Shown here one piece after another: positions 1 through 14,200 of a stretch of DNA of 64,000 bases. Within the stretch, counting starts at the first letter, position 1. The number at the start of each line of letters is the position of its first letter. Below the pieces are notes generated by a model that saw only the letters and a program-made list of their open reading frames with translations, was not told the DNA's origin and did no database searches. The position numbers and the translations under genes are program-made. The DNA comes from Perna viridis. Its lineage: Eukaryota. The stretch covers positions 53,264,862-53,328,861 of the forward strand of contig CM074511.1 of assembly GCA_037379345.1 (NCBI GenBank), given 5' to 3'.

Positions 1-1890
1 AGACATAATAAAAAATACAAAACACCACTTAAATGAGCAACTATTATGATTTGACCCCTGTCAAAATTTCTCTCTATAATTTCAAGTATTTGACCAGACA
101 AATTAAGCCTACATGGTTAATAACTACTCTGGACAAAATGGCAAGTACCGTAATGTTTTGACACTTAATGACATTCCATAGCCCTGTTACTTGATCTCAA
201 ATAGACAAACATCATACTATTGTTGAGCAAGATACCTGAACGACTCTTCTTTTATCTAGAGTTTTGTCGACCTGATTTAAATTTGAAATGCTTCGTATAT
301 TGTATTTGTAAATACTCTATATTTATATAAAAGAAATCTAACGTAGGCAGTCCTATTATAATTTTCTGCATAATTTGTGTTGTATAAAGACAGTTGAAAT
401 AGTAAACCAGTTCACCTGATCCCTCCCATTCATCTCAATATTTATTATATGTATTGACTGTTAAATTCTACACATATTCAATGCACAATTTTCTGTATAT
501 CAACCAGTTTTATCTTTTTTATAAACAATTTTTCCTTTAGAATTTGCAGACAATACATTTTTTTAGTGTTTACCTTTTACTTGTATGGTCATTAATCAAG
601 TAGTCCTATTTTATTTAGACTTAATTCTGGTTTACACTTGAAAAATGTCCCTTCACCTTACATATGCTTTACACTGTACCAGCTTGACATGACAGGTAAA
701 GATAGTAAATAAGAATGATCAGTAAAACAAGTTTTTATATAAGGAAATCTTCCGTAGAAATTTATGGCCATTTTAATTCAATGTTATATAGCAGAGTATA
801 GCATCTCGGTAGGAAACCAAAACATTTAAGACATACAAAGCAAGCATGTCCAATGATACAGATTACTTGTAGTATAAAAACTATCAAATTTGGTTATGAT
901 CTAAAACTTCCATGAAGATTGTTATTTTGGTTTTTGGCTGAAATGTAGAAAAAGAATCTTTGTCCTTAGTGGTCAACTGTTTTGTCTATCTTCTACCCAT
1001 AGGAGGGACTATTATGCATTTTAGATTTACTGGGTATTTATTAATTAGGTTTCCAGGATGATTAAGGTCTAGTGTCTTATACTAAATGTCAGTAGATAAT
1101 GTGGAGGTGAAAAGTGCTGTAGAATCTTATATATTTTATTTCTTTAGACAAAGTACACTGGTATACTCAAAATCCCATATTGAACCGAACATGAACTTTA
1201 AGTTAGTACTTTTCACTCAAGTAGAATTTTAATAGAGATGTGGAGTAGGGTCTATGAGTTATTATACTGGACACTTGATAGGGTCACCTTATTCACCTAG
1301 TGTAAATGAATACCTGTTGTTTTATTGTTAGTCTGCCTATGAACATGGTAGGGAAATATCAGTATGGGAGATATTAGTATCCCTTGTTTAATGGGCCATA
1401 AAATTGTACTTAGTCACCAAAAGTACCTAATTAAATTTCAGATGAATGAATTTAGGGTTTATTTCAAGTGTTGAAATGTTGATGAATAAATAGTATTTTA
1501 TTTCAAGTGGTAAAATTTGAACAAATATGCCATTAATTGAGAATAAGTTGGGTTCATGTATCAGGCAAAGACCCCAGATTGAATTAATTTCCTTCTTTTA
1601 AATTGATTCTTTCATTTAAATTAATTTTCTAAAGTACACTTCTAAACAACTGCAGTATATTTTTGATGCTTTATTTGAGGTCATTTGCATATTTTATTAC
1701 CTATTCTTTTGGTATCAGTTTTGAGGTCCAATGTTCTCTCTATTCTTCTAGCTGTAAACTTGCTATAAAATACAAACCAAATTTTGTGTGTATATGCCAT
1801 ACAATACCCCTATCTATCTATTGGTTTGTATGTCCACATTTCTTGACCTCTTCCTAAATTGCGAAAGGAATTTTGTTCAAATTGTATAGA

Positions 1891-1988
1891 AAGGTTGGAC
1901 ACCGCACGTGTATGTAGAGGACGGAAGGTTGGACACCGCACGTGTATGTAGAGGAAGGAAGGTTGGACACCGCACGTGTATGTAGAGG
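1891..1988. repeat. 34-bp minisatellite, about 3 copies
   Basis: AAGGTTGGACACCGCACGTGTATGTAGAGG at 1891, 1925, 1959. Confidence 0.9.
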
Positions 1989-2131
1989 AAAGAATATATA
2001 TTTGGTTGCAGGACTCTAAAAGGAGATTAGTCAACTTGAGGTTTTAACAATTAATTCCATATGAATGTCATATTGTATGTCTTTTAAAAGCATCTTTATG
2101 CCTATCGTACAGTGTATGTTTTTCTCTTTAG

Positions 2132-2238
2132 ATGTTGATGTACAAGATCCAGATGAAAAGTCCATCATTACTTATGTATCCTCTCTGTATGATGTCTTCC
2201 CAGAAGTCCCTAGTGTGGAACAGACATTACGTGATAAT
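2132..2238 (+). CDS. MACF1: Exon E1: end of CH2 domain
   Basis: tttag|AT...AAT|gtgagt; (D)[23 protein letters not shown]; phase 1-0. Confidence 0.93.
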
Positions 2239-5200
2239 GTGAGTTTAATTTAATCACTCAAAAGTGCTCAGTGTTAGAATTATGTTAAAGTATCATACAC
2301 AAATAACAGAAATATTTAAAATATTTACCTGAAATGGTAAGGTATCAGTAAATATGGGACATTTGTTCTTCATTTTCTTTACAAGAGATTTTGTAATCAT
2401 ATTCATGATTATATTGATGGAAAAACTTGCTTTAATTCCTTTGCTGATTTTAAGCCAGTCGAGTCTAAGAAAAATAATGAGCCTTTTTCATTATGTAAAT
2501 AAAACTAGTCAAGTTTAAAGTAATAACCGAGCCCCTTTCATTATGTAATTAAAATTAACAGTTTATTTTGAGGCTGGTAAAAGTAAGTCCAATATTTTGT
2601 TTCCTTTTCAGGAAAGACAGATAAAGTTAGCAGAGTACCATGAGTTAGCCACAGCATTGGCCAGTTGGCTGAAAGAAGCTACAGTTATCATGATGGATAA
2701 ACACTTTCCTTCTACTCTGATAGAAATGAGAGTAAGTCAGAAATATATATCACATGTAGTTAAAGAAGAAGACCATGTTATTGTGCAAGTCATAAATATC
2801 GAAACTAATCAGTTAAATATTCATGAAAATTAAATTGAAACAAAATTATTTCCTTTTCTTAATTAATTAATCGAGATTTATAATTAGGAAATTTGAATTT
2901 CCCGTGCCTGTGGGTGCCACCATGATCGGTTGAACTGTGACATCACGAAGTCGGTTTGTAAAGTGAAAGTAAATAGGTAATTGATTACAATGTCTGAAGA
3001 AATTGCAAATTTGGGACTTTCCCCCTATAAATTCAACCCAAAATAAATAGAAGAAGAGATTGAGGCACAACATGTAAGCAAATGTCAGACATCATTGACG
3101 AACAACAGGATTTGCAGCCAGATGGCTAGTATTTGTAAAGAAAATCTTATGGCTACTTCCGTGACTTCCGAAGAATGTCCGTGTTGCTGGTAAAAAAAAA
3201 AGAAGCTTTTAGAACATTTCTCTTTTATCATTCGTGCAATCGTAAGCTTGACAAGTCATGTTTTGGTGATTAAATAAACAGGATCGTAGAAATATTTACA
3301 GAATATTCTTTGTTTTCATATTATTTGCAGTACTTGTATCAGTACCAAATTGACTTAGTGACGTTACGAGCCAATCGGAATCTATCGGTAAAAATCAATA
3401 AAGTCTGACTATGATCTTCCTTCAGATAGGAGAGTTCTGCAAGATGGCTATCCACTTCTATTTCAAGGATTTCAACCTTTGCATAGCCTTGAGCATTTTA
3501 TAAAAGCACATTTTGCATTAAAAGTTATTTATTTTTGTTGACATGGGTATGATTTATCATAAGAGCTTAACTTAATGCAAAGGTGGTCTTACCCTTTAAA
3601 CCAAAAATGCTTGATAACAATGATATATGTATGTTATGTAAAATCTTCATTTCATCACTTACAGGGAGGTATAAAGTTGGGCAAACATAAAGAATTCAAT
3701 AATTGAAAATAAAACCATGCTGCATACCATTGATCTGAACAAAAAATACAAGAAAAAGAATCCAAATATTGGAAAAAAGCTGTAACAACCAGGACATATT
3801 ATTGAACATTGATTTCAATTATGCCATAATTGGTCATATATACAGTAACAAGTTTTCTAAGAAAACATACTGATCAATGTATTTACTGTTTTTACTACCC
3901 GATATTATCTGTCTGAAACTACTAAAACAATATTAACTACTTACAATGACAATCTTATGTCAAATCGACTTTGATAGCAAATCTTCAGTTATGAACATCG
4001 TGACAGAACATCACATATCTCTATCAGTTTTGAACATCGTGACAGAACATCACATATCTCTATCAGTTTGCTGTGATTTTTTTCAGAACTTCAAAACTGC
4101 CATTAATCTGTATAAAGTGTGGTGCTATTATGGCATTGAAATTTTTCCTATGGCTGTTTCTGCTTTGCAGTTGTTGTGCATTAAATTTTTTTTCTGTTTC
4201 AGTCTGTTTTGGCGGAATGTAAAAGATTCAGACAAGAGGATGTACCACCAAGACATGATGCTAAACAAAAACTTTCTCGGATTTATGATGAAATACAGGT
4301 ACATCCAATTCAAGTATCTAAGAGCTTAAACTATTTTCCTTTTCATGCAGCACCCTAAACTTATGCCGGTAAATACTGATTCGGTCTGCAGGGACAAAAA
4401 AATTGATATCAATATACTAGTTGTGGATGGTATAATGTATCTGACATGTTCTTCCATTAGCTCTCCATGAAATTTGGTATGTAGTAATTACTTTTTGTAG
4501 TTTTCTTACAGTTGGTTGAGTTGATATTAAATATAGACTGTTTGATGATGATTTGAAATGAAAAGTGAAAAGTTAGTACGAATTCACAACATATAGTTTT
4601 GTCTCCACGTGTTGCCAGTTGTTTTTCAATAATTTCTTCCTGTTTATATAATTTAACTAACTATTTTTTGTTCGCCATGTACACTTGTGTAATTAATATA
4701 TTTGTATCAGGGTTTGGGACCGGGTACAGGAGATATGGGTATCCCTGATGAACTTCATCCAGATAATATCAACAGATTGTGGAGCAGGTTTACCTTTGCC
4801 CAACAAGAGAGAGACAGTCTTGTACAATCTGAAGTTGTGAGGTCAGTATCTTTATTTTTGATACCCCGCCATATGAAGTGGTAAGGAATTGTGATACTCA
4901 ACTAAAAAGTTGTGTGTCCATCTCTGACGGTTTCCAGATCGAGAATGGATTGAAAAATATGTTTGAAACTTTACATGGTTGTTTAATACCATAAAAATAC
5001 AGGTTAAATACAAGTTAAATTTAATTTCAGCAAATTCCAAAATGTACTTTTCAAGTAAGGCCATTTTTTTACATTTTGCCATTCCCCTTTTTATTCATCA
5101 TGAATGGGGTATCACTTAATGTTCCATTTATACTCTATATCATTGAACTTGTCATTTTTTTCAGATATGTAATACAAAAAAAACAATTTCTGTTTATATA

Positions 5201-8200
5201 ACTCCTGTACAAAAGGAACAAACTTGTGCGAAAATAATTTCATAGCATTTGAAAGTTAATTGATTTACACTGTAAAGATCACATTTTGAAATGTCAAAAT
5301 GATCTACACATTACATTGCCTTGTTTTTTTGTGTAATTTCAGACTGGAAAGGCTGCAAAGACTTGCTGAGAAACTCCACAGAGACTGTAAATACCAGGAA
5401 GAACAATTAGATGAAATTTCTATCGGAGTGTATGAAGAACAAGGCAGAGTTGATGTCATTCATCCTCATGAAGCCAAACGAAAATGTGATGCTTTAGATG
5501 AAGCTCTTCGTAATGTTGAGGAAAATGCTCGTAGTATGTTTCGTGATGTGCAGGCACTTCAAGATGGAAGGTTTACAACAGCAGAACAACTCAGCAGAAG
5601 GTAAAACTGAATAAAGAATAAGTTAAAGTTAACTATGTCAATTCTGTAACCTTTGTCTTTGTGACATATTTCTTGTTGACTGGAGTGGCAGCATAAACTC
5701 ATTGATGTTATAGACAGGGGCTTTTTTGTCAAAGTCACCCATTTCTTATAGTTTTGTTCTGTCATAGAATGAAATATATTTACTCTGACTTCACAAACAA
5801 AGTATGTTTTTCATTAAAAAAGTGAATATAGACAGTGCTGATGACAAATGGATAGAACTAGAAATACAATAAGATTGTTTATCACTTGTTAAGTTATAGA
5901 TCATTCAATAATTAATTTATTCATATTGAATGTAATTTATTTCTGTTTTACAGGGTTTCAGCTATTCAGTCAAGGGTATCACAGTTACGTACCCAATTAT
6001 TTGGGGAGGTTGTCCAGAAACTGATTTCTAAATCCTACATAGAGGAGGGAGTGACTGTTACCAAGAGGAGAGAATATGTAACAGAAATTAGACCTACTGA
6101 TATGAACCCTACATTTAAACATGTACATGAATGTCTGACATGGGTAGAAAACAAACAGGTATGGGGAAACAAGGCATTATATGAATAATTAGCACCATTA
6201 CAAACATTCTAAGTTTGTTACAAGGTCTGTGTTTGATGTAAATTTATGATTGGTTTTATGAGAAAGACATTTTTTCATTCCACTTCTTTGTTTTTGAAAA
6301 GCATTATGTGAGGCTTTTTTGTATAAATTTCTGTATCTTAAACCTATTATTACAAATATGGGAACTGTTCTTTATCACCGTGATGCCGTTGTGTACCACC
6401 TATTTTGCTTTTTCATTTGAAAAACTTTCGGGGTTTTCTTATATAGTTTCTAGGAATTGGAGTGGGGGTATTACGTAGTGAACTTTTCCACAGTTTTCTA
6501 GCTTTTTATATCAATAAACTGTTGTGAAGATGTGATCCTAAATATGGGTGTTCAAATGCAAATTTATGGTTTTATATTAATGTTACTGTATTCTAGGCTG
6601 AGCTGGAGTCAGTGGAGTATGGCACAGATTTATCAACTGTAGAAACCCTAAGTAATTCCCATCAACTAGAACACCAAAAAATTCAGAACTTTCGAAGAGA
6701 GATAGAAAAATGTATTGCTGATGGGGTAAGTTATAGTTATAAGACATCATACAAATTACAGAACAATATTCAGTTAATAATTTTTAAAAACATGCTACGA
6801 CATGATTAATGTGTTGTTGTGGGACCTTAAGATAGAGAGTGTATGCTTTTATATAGCTGTACAAAACTTGCTTTTTAGAACAGATGTTCTAGATATGTGT
6901 AAAATGGATTATGGAGTAAAGATACGAAAGTACTTTAAGTCACGAGAAAGTAAACACAAAAACACTCAGCACTAAGTTTTTATCAGAGAATAACCACACC
7001 CTAGATATAATAGATATAGTTCTAGAGACTTATGTCATTGTCACATAAAAGCTTTCAGGATTTTATTTCTCTTGATCATTATTGGTTCTACTTGTGTTTA
7101 GAAAGCCATTATATGTACTGGATATTTGATCTGAATTTACAGAGAACCTTGTCACCAGAAGATCAGAACTTGTATACAGAATGGTTGTCCAAAGTAGAAG
7201 TAGCTTATTCCTTGTTGTCTGTAAGTGTATCAATTATTTCTCAAGTGTCAAGATGATTAGATGTACATTTTCTGTCTGTTACTTGTTATTAATGAATATT
7301 AAAAGTTATTTACAACTAGTAACATTATTGTAAGGAATGGAGAATGGAATGTTTGGTATAGATTGTAGTGAATGTCATCTTTCCTTAATTACCACCAACT
7401 TAAATATTACATAATTGATAGATAAATATCCATTTAATCATAGAGTCATAAGAGAATCCTCTTAGAACTATATGATTTCTATTAGTAATTTGGACATTTT
7501 TATTAACTACAAATAAACTAATATTAATGACGGGAAAATCTAAGTGATGTAAGAACTTCAGGTTTTATGTAATTTTTTGTGCATTTTAGAAAACATCAAC
7601 CAGACGTTCCAAAAGTTTGGATTCTCTGCGGGAGTTCTTGCAGTTAGCCATGCAGGAGCTGATCTGGTTAAATACCAAAGAAGACCAACAGTTATCACGA
7701 GAAATAAACACAAAAACTGACCCTCAAATCACAGATGGTGCATATAAGGTACAACTTCTACATGTAACACTGGTATTATTCTATTATGATTTGAAATTTT
7801 GTACTTGTAGACTATTAGGAAACAGGTGTATAGCTTTTCATCTTTCATTTTCTTTTGTCCAATTTAAAAATTTTCCTAGGAATAATTGCTGCCCATTTGA
7901 TTACAGTTTCTGATAGAAGTCATTGCTTGATCTGAAATAATAAGTTGGAAAAAAATATTTCATTAGTATTTCTTCAGTATAAACTTCTTTAATAAGACAT
8001 TTGATACTATTACCCCTTTAATTTTATAAAAAGATTAGTAAAATGTAATATTATAATTTCAGTTTCCACTACAAAAGGTTAGAATGTTAAGCCTGCCTCT
8101 AACACATAAACAAATAAATCTAAAAGCATCAATGTGTGTTCAGTATTAATTATAAACAAGCTTTGAGATAAGTTTACTGCTCACTGTCTAAGTTTGTTCC

Positions 8201-11200
8201 CTTGTCTAGAACATAATGCATGATAAGCTTGTAAGCTAGCATGATTTAAGACCTTGAAAATAGTTAGAAACTTGCTTTGTATGAGTTATATATGTACTGG
8301 CTTCACATAGACATAATTTGTTAAGTTATATCCTTGAATGGGTCCTGACACAAATTTTTGTTTGTAGTTAGTGTCTTAAAACCTTAAGATTTGTTTTGAG
8401 AGTTGCAGAAGAGTATATTACAAAGAGAGGGATCTGGACAGGGGTATGGGCAATGCCCTGAAGTCTATAATCCTGGATGTTTAGATTACTGTTGTCAGAA
8501 CTTTCTGCCCAATTTTGCTTTCAAAGTATTGGACTTTTTAACAAAGAAAAAGTTTGATTGGCATATCATGTGCTTTGATTCGGCTTTTATATTTATTTTA
8601 TTTGACTGTAGCACCTTTGTGGTCACTATGTTGCATTATCTGATACTTAGTTTTTGTTGACCTTGACAGATATAAACGGTTCTTGATTCAATTGCCTTTT
8701 TTTGTATGATACCTGTATTTTTAAGTTTTATGTTTCTCGCTGATACATAATGCATATTGTCCCTTGTGCATGTTAAGATAATTTTCAATTGATTTAATTT
8801 TTTTTTTCATTTAATATTTGAAGTCACAATTGTAAAATAAAATATTGCTGGAAATTATTTGTCTGAAAATTTAGTTAAGTTTGTAACTGGTCTTTGCAGT
8901 GAGCTTCACTAGTCACTAGTATGTGAATTTAAAAAAAAAGAGTCTTTAACAGCATTGACAGGTAATATTTGTGAGAAATAACAATTAAAACATACACACA
9001 AACACAAAACAAAAGGAATGTTGCCTTCATGTGAATTTTATTGTGAATGTCTTGAAATATGTTTTTTGCTGTAAGCTATTTATGATCTCTTTACAGAGTT
9101 TGATACATGAATTAGAACGGCGGGAAGTCCAGTTTAATTCTGTACAGGAGCGGGGCACAGCTCTAGTTCTAGATAGACATCCTGCTGCAGACACTATTAA
9201 AGCTTATCTAGAAGAAATGCAGTCACAGTGGTCATTACTCTTACAATTAACATTATGTTTGGAATCACATGTTAAATCCATTACCACATACCATGACTTC
9301 TATCAACAATGTCAACAGTGTAGTGCCGAAATGTCTACATGTACTGAACTTCTTAATACTGTGTATGCACAAGAAAATTTAAGCATTGATGAAGCCAAAC
9401 GACAGGTTAATGACTTACATCAAATGCAAGAACAGTTAACTGAATTTGATAAACAAATATCAAAATTGATTCAGACAGGAGATGAAGTGACTCCATTGGA
9501 TAGAAGGACAGAACCAGTAGTCTCCCCTTACATGGTTCAGTGCTTATGTACTTACAGAACTCCTAGGGTAATATCATTTTGGGTTCTTTATTTTCAGATA
9601 GTAAATGGATAAGTTGATGGTTATTGTTACTGAAATAACACAGCATGTGATAGAAAATTAATCAAATTTTTCCTTAAATTACAAAAACATTGAAACTCTT
9701 GACAGATCTTCGGTTCATGTAAGGTTATAATTGAACATTTGAATTGTGTCGCCCTTTTCAATGCGATACTTTGTCTTATCTTTCCTCCCACTTTCTTCAA
9801 GTTAATTATTGCATTAGGAAAATACCTCACAGTTATTCTCTGCTATGTTTACACCCCAACTCAAAATGTTGAATTCAACCCTCCATAAACCAGTCCTTAA
9901 ATTTCCATATCCATTGAAATTCATTTGGTTGAAATGAATATCCATCTATTTTCACTTAACAGTAAACATGAAAGAAAAGAAGTTAACTTTTGTTTTAGTT
10001 AATAGAAATCCAATCTAATGGAGGAGAAATCATTGAGTGGCTGATAACATCAACATAACATATTTTTTTTACAGGAAGTCTTACAGAGAGGAAAGGAATA
10101 CATTTTGTTAGATACCTCAAACAAAATCAGATGGAAGGTTTGTAATTATGTTTTACTTTATCTCATTCTTTACATTGGATACAACATAATATCCCTCAAG
10201 TTTACATCAATGTTTTTCTTATTTTCTTTATTTTCCTGGAATTAAAACTATGAAATCAGAGGAAACTACAAAACAACATTTGCAAATTGATAGGAAGTGG
10301 AGAAGGACAAAGCAAAACAGATAATGGATACAGAAAATTACATACAGCAAATACTATACTGAATGAGATGTGACAGTTGAATTTGTAATTCATTTAGAAT
10401 TAAGAGAGGATGTCATATTTGGTCAAGTAAATCAGAGTTATCTTTCTTAGTATTTTGATCGATCTGTGGAGAACTTTTATTGCTGTAATGCATGCACACA
10501 TGAAAAAAAACCTCTCTTGATAATTTCAATAATTATATAGATGGTAAAACTTGCAGATAATTATACAGTGCATATCATCTAAATGACTCAGTCTTTTTTG
10601 ATCATCCTTGATCTCCACTATATACAGTGCAACCTCTGTAAACCGGCCATCACTGGGACTGACGAAATCGGCCAGTTTTCAGAGGGTCCGGTTTCCAGAG
10701 GTACCGGAAATTGACGTTGTTGCTCCGGAAACTGGTTCTGGAAGTATACAACTATGATTAATCTATGTCTGCAAAATACCCTCATTTCATTTTTAAAGCA
10801 TGTTGACGGTTTGTGCAGTGCATTGTATCTTTTCAAATGTTTTTTTTGTAATACATATGTTATGGTCGGAATTCGGAATTTAGAGGGGCCGTTATTCAGA
10901 GGACTTTTTTACTTGAATATATAGGCGTTAATTCCGGACCAAAAATAAATGTACGGTTTTCAGAGGAATCCGGTTTTCAGAGGGGCTGGTTTATGGGGGT
11001 TCCACTGTAGTGTGGACGAGTATTGAATGCATGTCAGCATTGAAAAATTGAATAAACAAAAACTGTTCTATCACAGCCACTTGTGGACTTAGCTGATTTG
11101 TACATGGATCTGCACTTCAGTTTTATTGTTAGCTGTGTTATAAAAGTGTAATGCTAAAACTACTATATGAAAATATAAAAGCTGACTAATGTCAAATAGA

Positions 11201-14200
11201 ATTTTAAATACTGCAGGCTCGTGTATTAGGTATTGTAAATGTATTTATTTTCTAGGTGTGGTAATTCTTGAAATTGATTCCCTTTACACTGAAACAGTGA
11301 TTTTATTTTCAAAACTGCCAAAATTGATACAGGTTCTTGCATATATGTTTATTTGAAAAAATCTGCATGAATTGACAACTGCAGAAATAAGTATATTAGA
11401 AACTGCAAGTAAGCCATCCATCCCTGCTTATTGTATTAAGTAACTGATCTAGGAAAAGAAACAAAGCAGATACAGATGTAGTTCCAAATACCTATATATT
11501 ACAACATATATTGTTTTCAGGTGAAGTTATTAAATGATGATGATGAGATGATCCCTGCCATCTGTTTTTTGATACCCCCACCAAACCAAGATGCAATATC
11601 ACAAGCTGAAATGTAAGTTCTAAGTAATCCAGAGTCTTGTAATATAAATGATTGACAATGTATAGGTTATAGTGCACTAAGCTTTCAAAGTTTTTTTTTC
11701 TCTTCGATTCTCATACTGGCTCTGCTAGAGAAAATTATACTGAGCATCCTGTGTGAGGATAACTATAGATGTTCAATCAGACTGGAATAGGTATCAGATA
11801 GGCCCGCAGAAATGGGCCAGGGAAGTGAATTCAAAGTGAAAGTAGTCATTAAATTGGTTTAAAATAACAGATGTGATTCAGAAACAAAGGAATAATTTTT
11901 TTACAGTATCTAGATCTGGTAGGCTGAATTATTTTTTTTTTTTAAATGGACAGCTGTTAACCTATCCTATCTCACTCCTTTCAGCTATCATCCTTTTTTT
12001 TTCAATGATTTATATAAACGTAAGGAAAATACATAAGTGTGATGCTTGGGTGTAGGCTTTGCCTAGCTCATATTAGATTTCCTCTTTATCCGTCAGTCTG
12101 TCAAACACATTTTCCACACTTTATCTGAAGATGCTTTCAGTTATTGAGTTGATATTAAAGTATATGTTATAGACAAATTTTTTGTTCCACTCCACTGATT
12201 TTTTTTTTAATTAACTGGACTTTGCTTATGTTTTGATTTTACAACTGATATGATACTATGTATTGCTTTGTGCAATACTCTCAGAATCTTGTTTCAATCT
12301 CAAAGTTACTTTTTTAAAATGTATACTTACAAATATGTATAGTATCATATTCTTATTACATGTACTTATTCAAATTGATATTGTTTAAACTAAATATTTA
12401 TATTTTTGAGATATTGCTTAATATTAAATTATCTCCATTTTATTTTAGGCTACATGTACAGTTTGAACATTTACATAGTCTGTGGAAAATGAGACAGAGA
12501 TCAACCAAACTCAACATGGTATTAAATACAGTCCGAGTTATAAAGAACTGGGATCTGAAACAGGTAAGCCGTACTTAGCTTAGTCATGATTGTCAATCAA
12601 TTTTACACTAGAAAATGATGTTAATTTTCGATTGAATATTAATTTTTTGCAAGGAACATGAGCATTGTTCTTGCACACTTAAACTTCCTGTATTTCTGAG
12701 AAGTAAAAACAGCAGTAACATTGAAATAGGGATTGTAAGTCTGTCACATGATCCTGTGAATTCACAAGAAAGAGTCCCTAACTCCCATTCGAAACCATCT
12801 AGAGTAAGATCTATAATCTTATCAAATAGAACTACTAATGTGTAATAAGATGATAAAACTTATGCCAGTTTACTATTTCCAAGCTATAGTAAGTTTTGTA
12901 ATAACACATTATTTAAAATTTTGACAACTACTTTAAAAATATGAATTTTCTTGGGGTGTACTAATTTTTACTTTTTACATGTTGGACTTAAAATGTGACA
13001 ATGAGTTTCTACAAAATAAATTCTTAACCCTGTGTAACACCAATAAATTCTTAACCCTGTGTAACACTAATAATTTTCTGAAACCATGAAAAATGACTTA
13101 AGTGTGTTCGCTTGACAGAACCAGTGAAAATTGACAACTGTGAAAGTAAATATTTGTACAGTATGTTACAGTATGTTACAGTGTGCTACATAACGATGTA
13201 CCTAGATGTTGCAAACTAAAAACAAATTGGTCTTTGGTTTTTAAATCTTTCAGCAATAGAAATTCAGAATAAAAAATATTTTAAGAACAAGACTTTGAAG
13301 CCTTACATCAATATAAGTTTGGAAGGAATGATATCTTGGCTTCCTGTAAACCAACTAATTCCTACAAGCACTTAGTTTATTAGCTGTAGGTTGCTCCCAC
13401 ATTGAAATCTGAACACCAAGATTTTTTTTATCAAATCTTATCTTTATAATGTTATATTTTTGTATTTTCAGTTCATGAGTTTAGATCCAGGAAGAAGGGA
13501 AATGTTTTGGCGGACTGTCAATGAAGATGCTGAGAAATTAATTACAGAAATTGGTGACACAACACATGAAATGAGAAAATTACGCAGTGAATTGGCAGAA
13601 TGCAACCAAATTTTCCTCAGTCTTTCAGCTACAGCTCAAGAAGAAGGTAAAAGCTGGGATTATAATGATATTAAGCGATATCATTTAGAAGTCATGATAA
13701 TCTATTTACTTAACATCACCATTGGTTTGACTTATATCATTTAAAAAGACATTTGTGCAGGGAATACTGTTACAGGTAACAATGTGGGAATTAGTCACTT
13801 TAAAATGACTTTTCTTTCTCTTTATTTGTTGTACATAGAACTTGTCATTTTTAATATACATTGTACAACTATCACTTTATTCAACTTTTGTTTATAGAGT
13901 CCCAGAGACTGAAATCACCTGACCAGAAGCTTGTTCATGAAGTAGATTCATTCAACAAACGTTTCATGGACTGTGAACAGGAATTGACGTCAAGACTTCA
14001 GGAGCATCTACCTCGTGACAAACTTGGACTCAGACATATTGTAGAACAACAAAAGGTAAGTTAAAGTACTCCAGGGTAAAAATCATACCAACGAAACCTA
14101 TTTTAAGCCAGTGATTAAAAACACATATGACTTTTCAGCCACCAGATGGTGATTAAATTTTTATGAGGGATCTGCTATTGTACATTCTCCAAGTTTTCTA

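Noticed and set aside
1891-1988. CRISPR-like direct repeats
   Set aside because: Head-to-tail repeats with no unique spacers, in eukaryotic intron, with no cas genes.
2860-3410. CpG-enriched intronic stretch as a promoter
   Set aside because: More likely an interspersed repeat; I could define neither termini nor a first exon.
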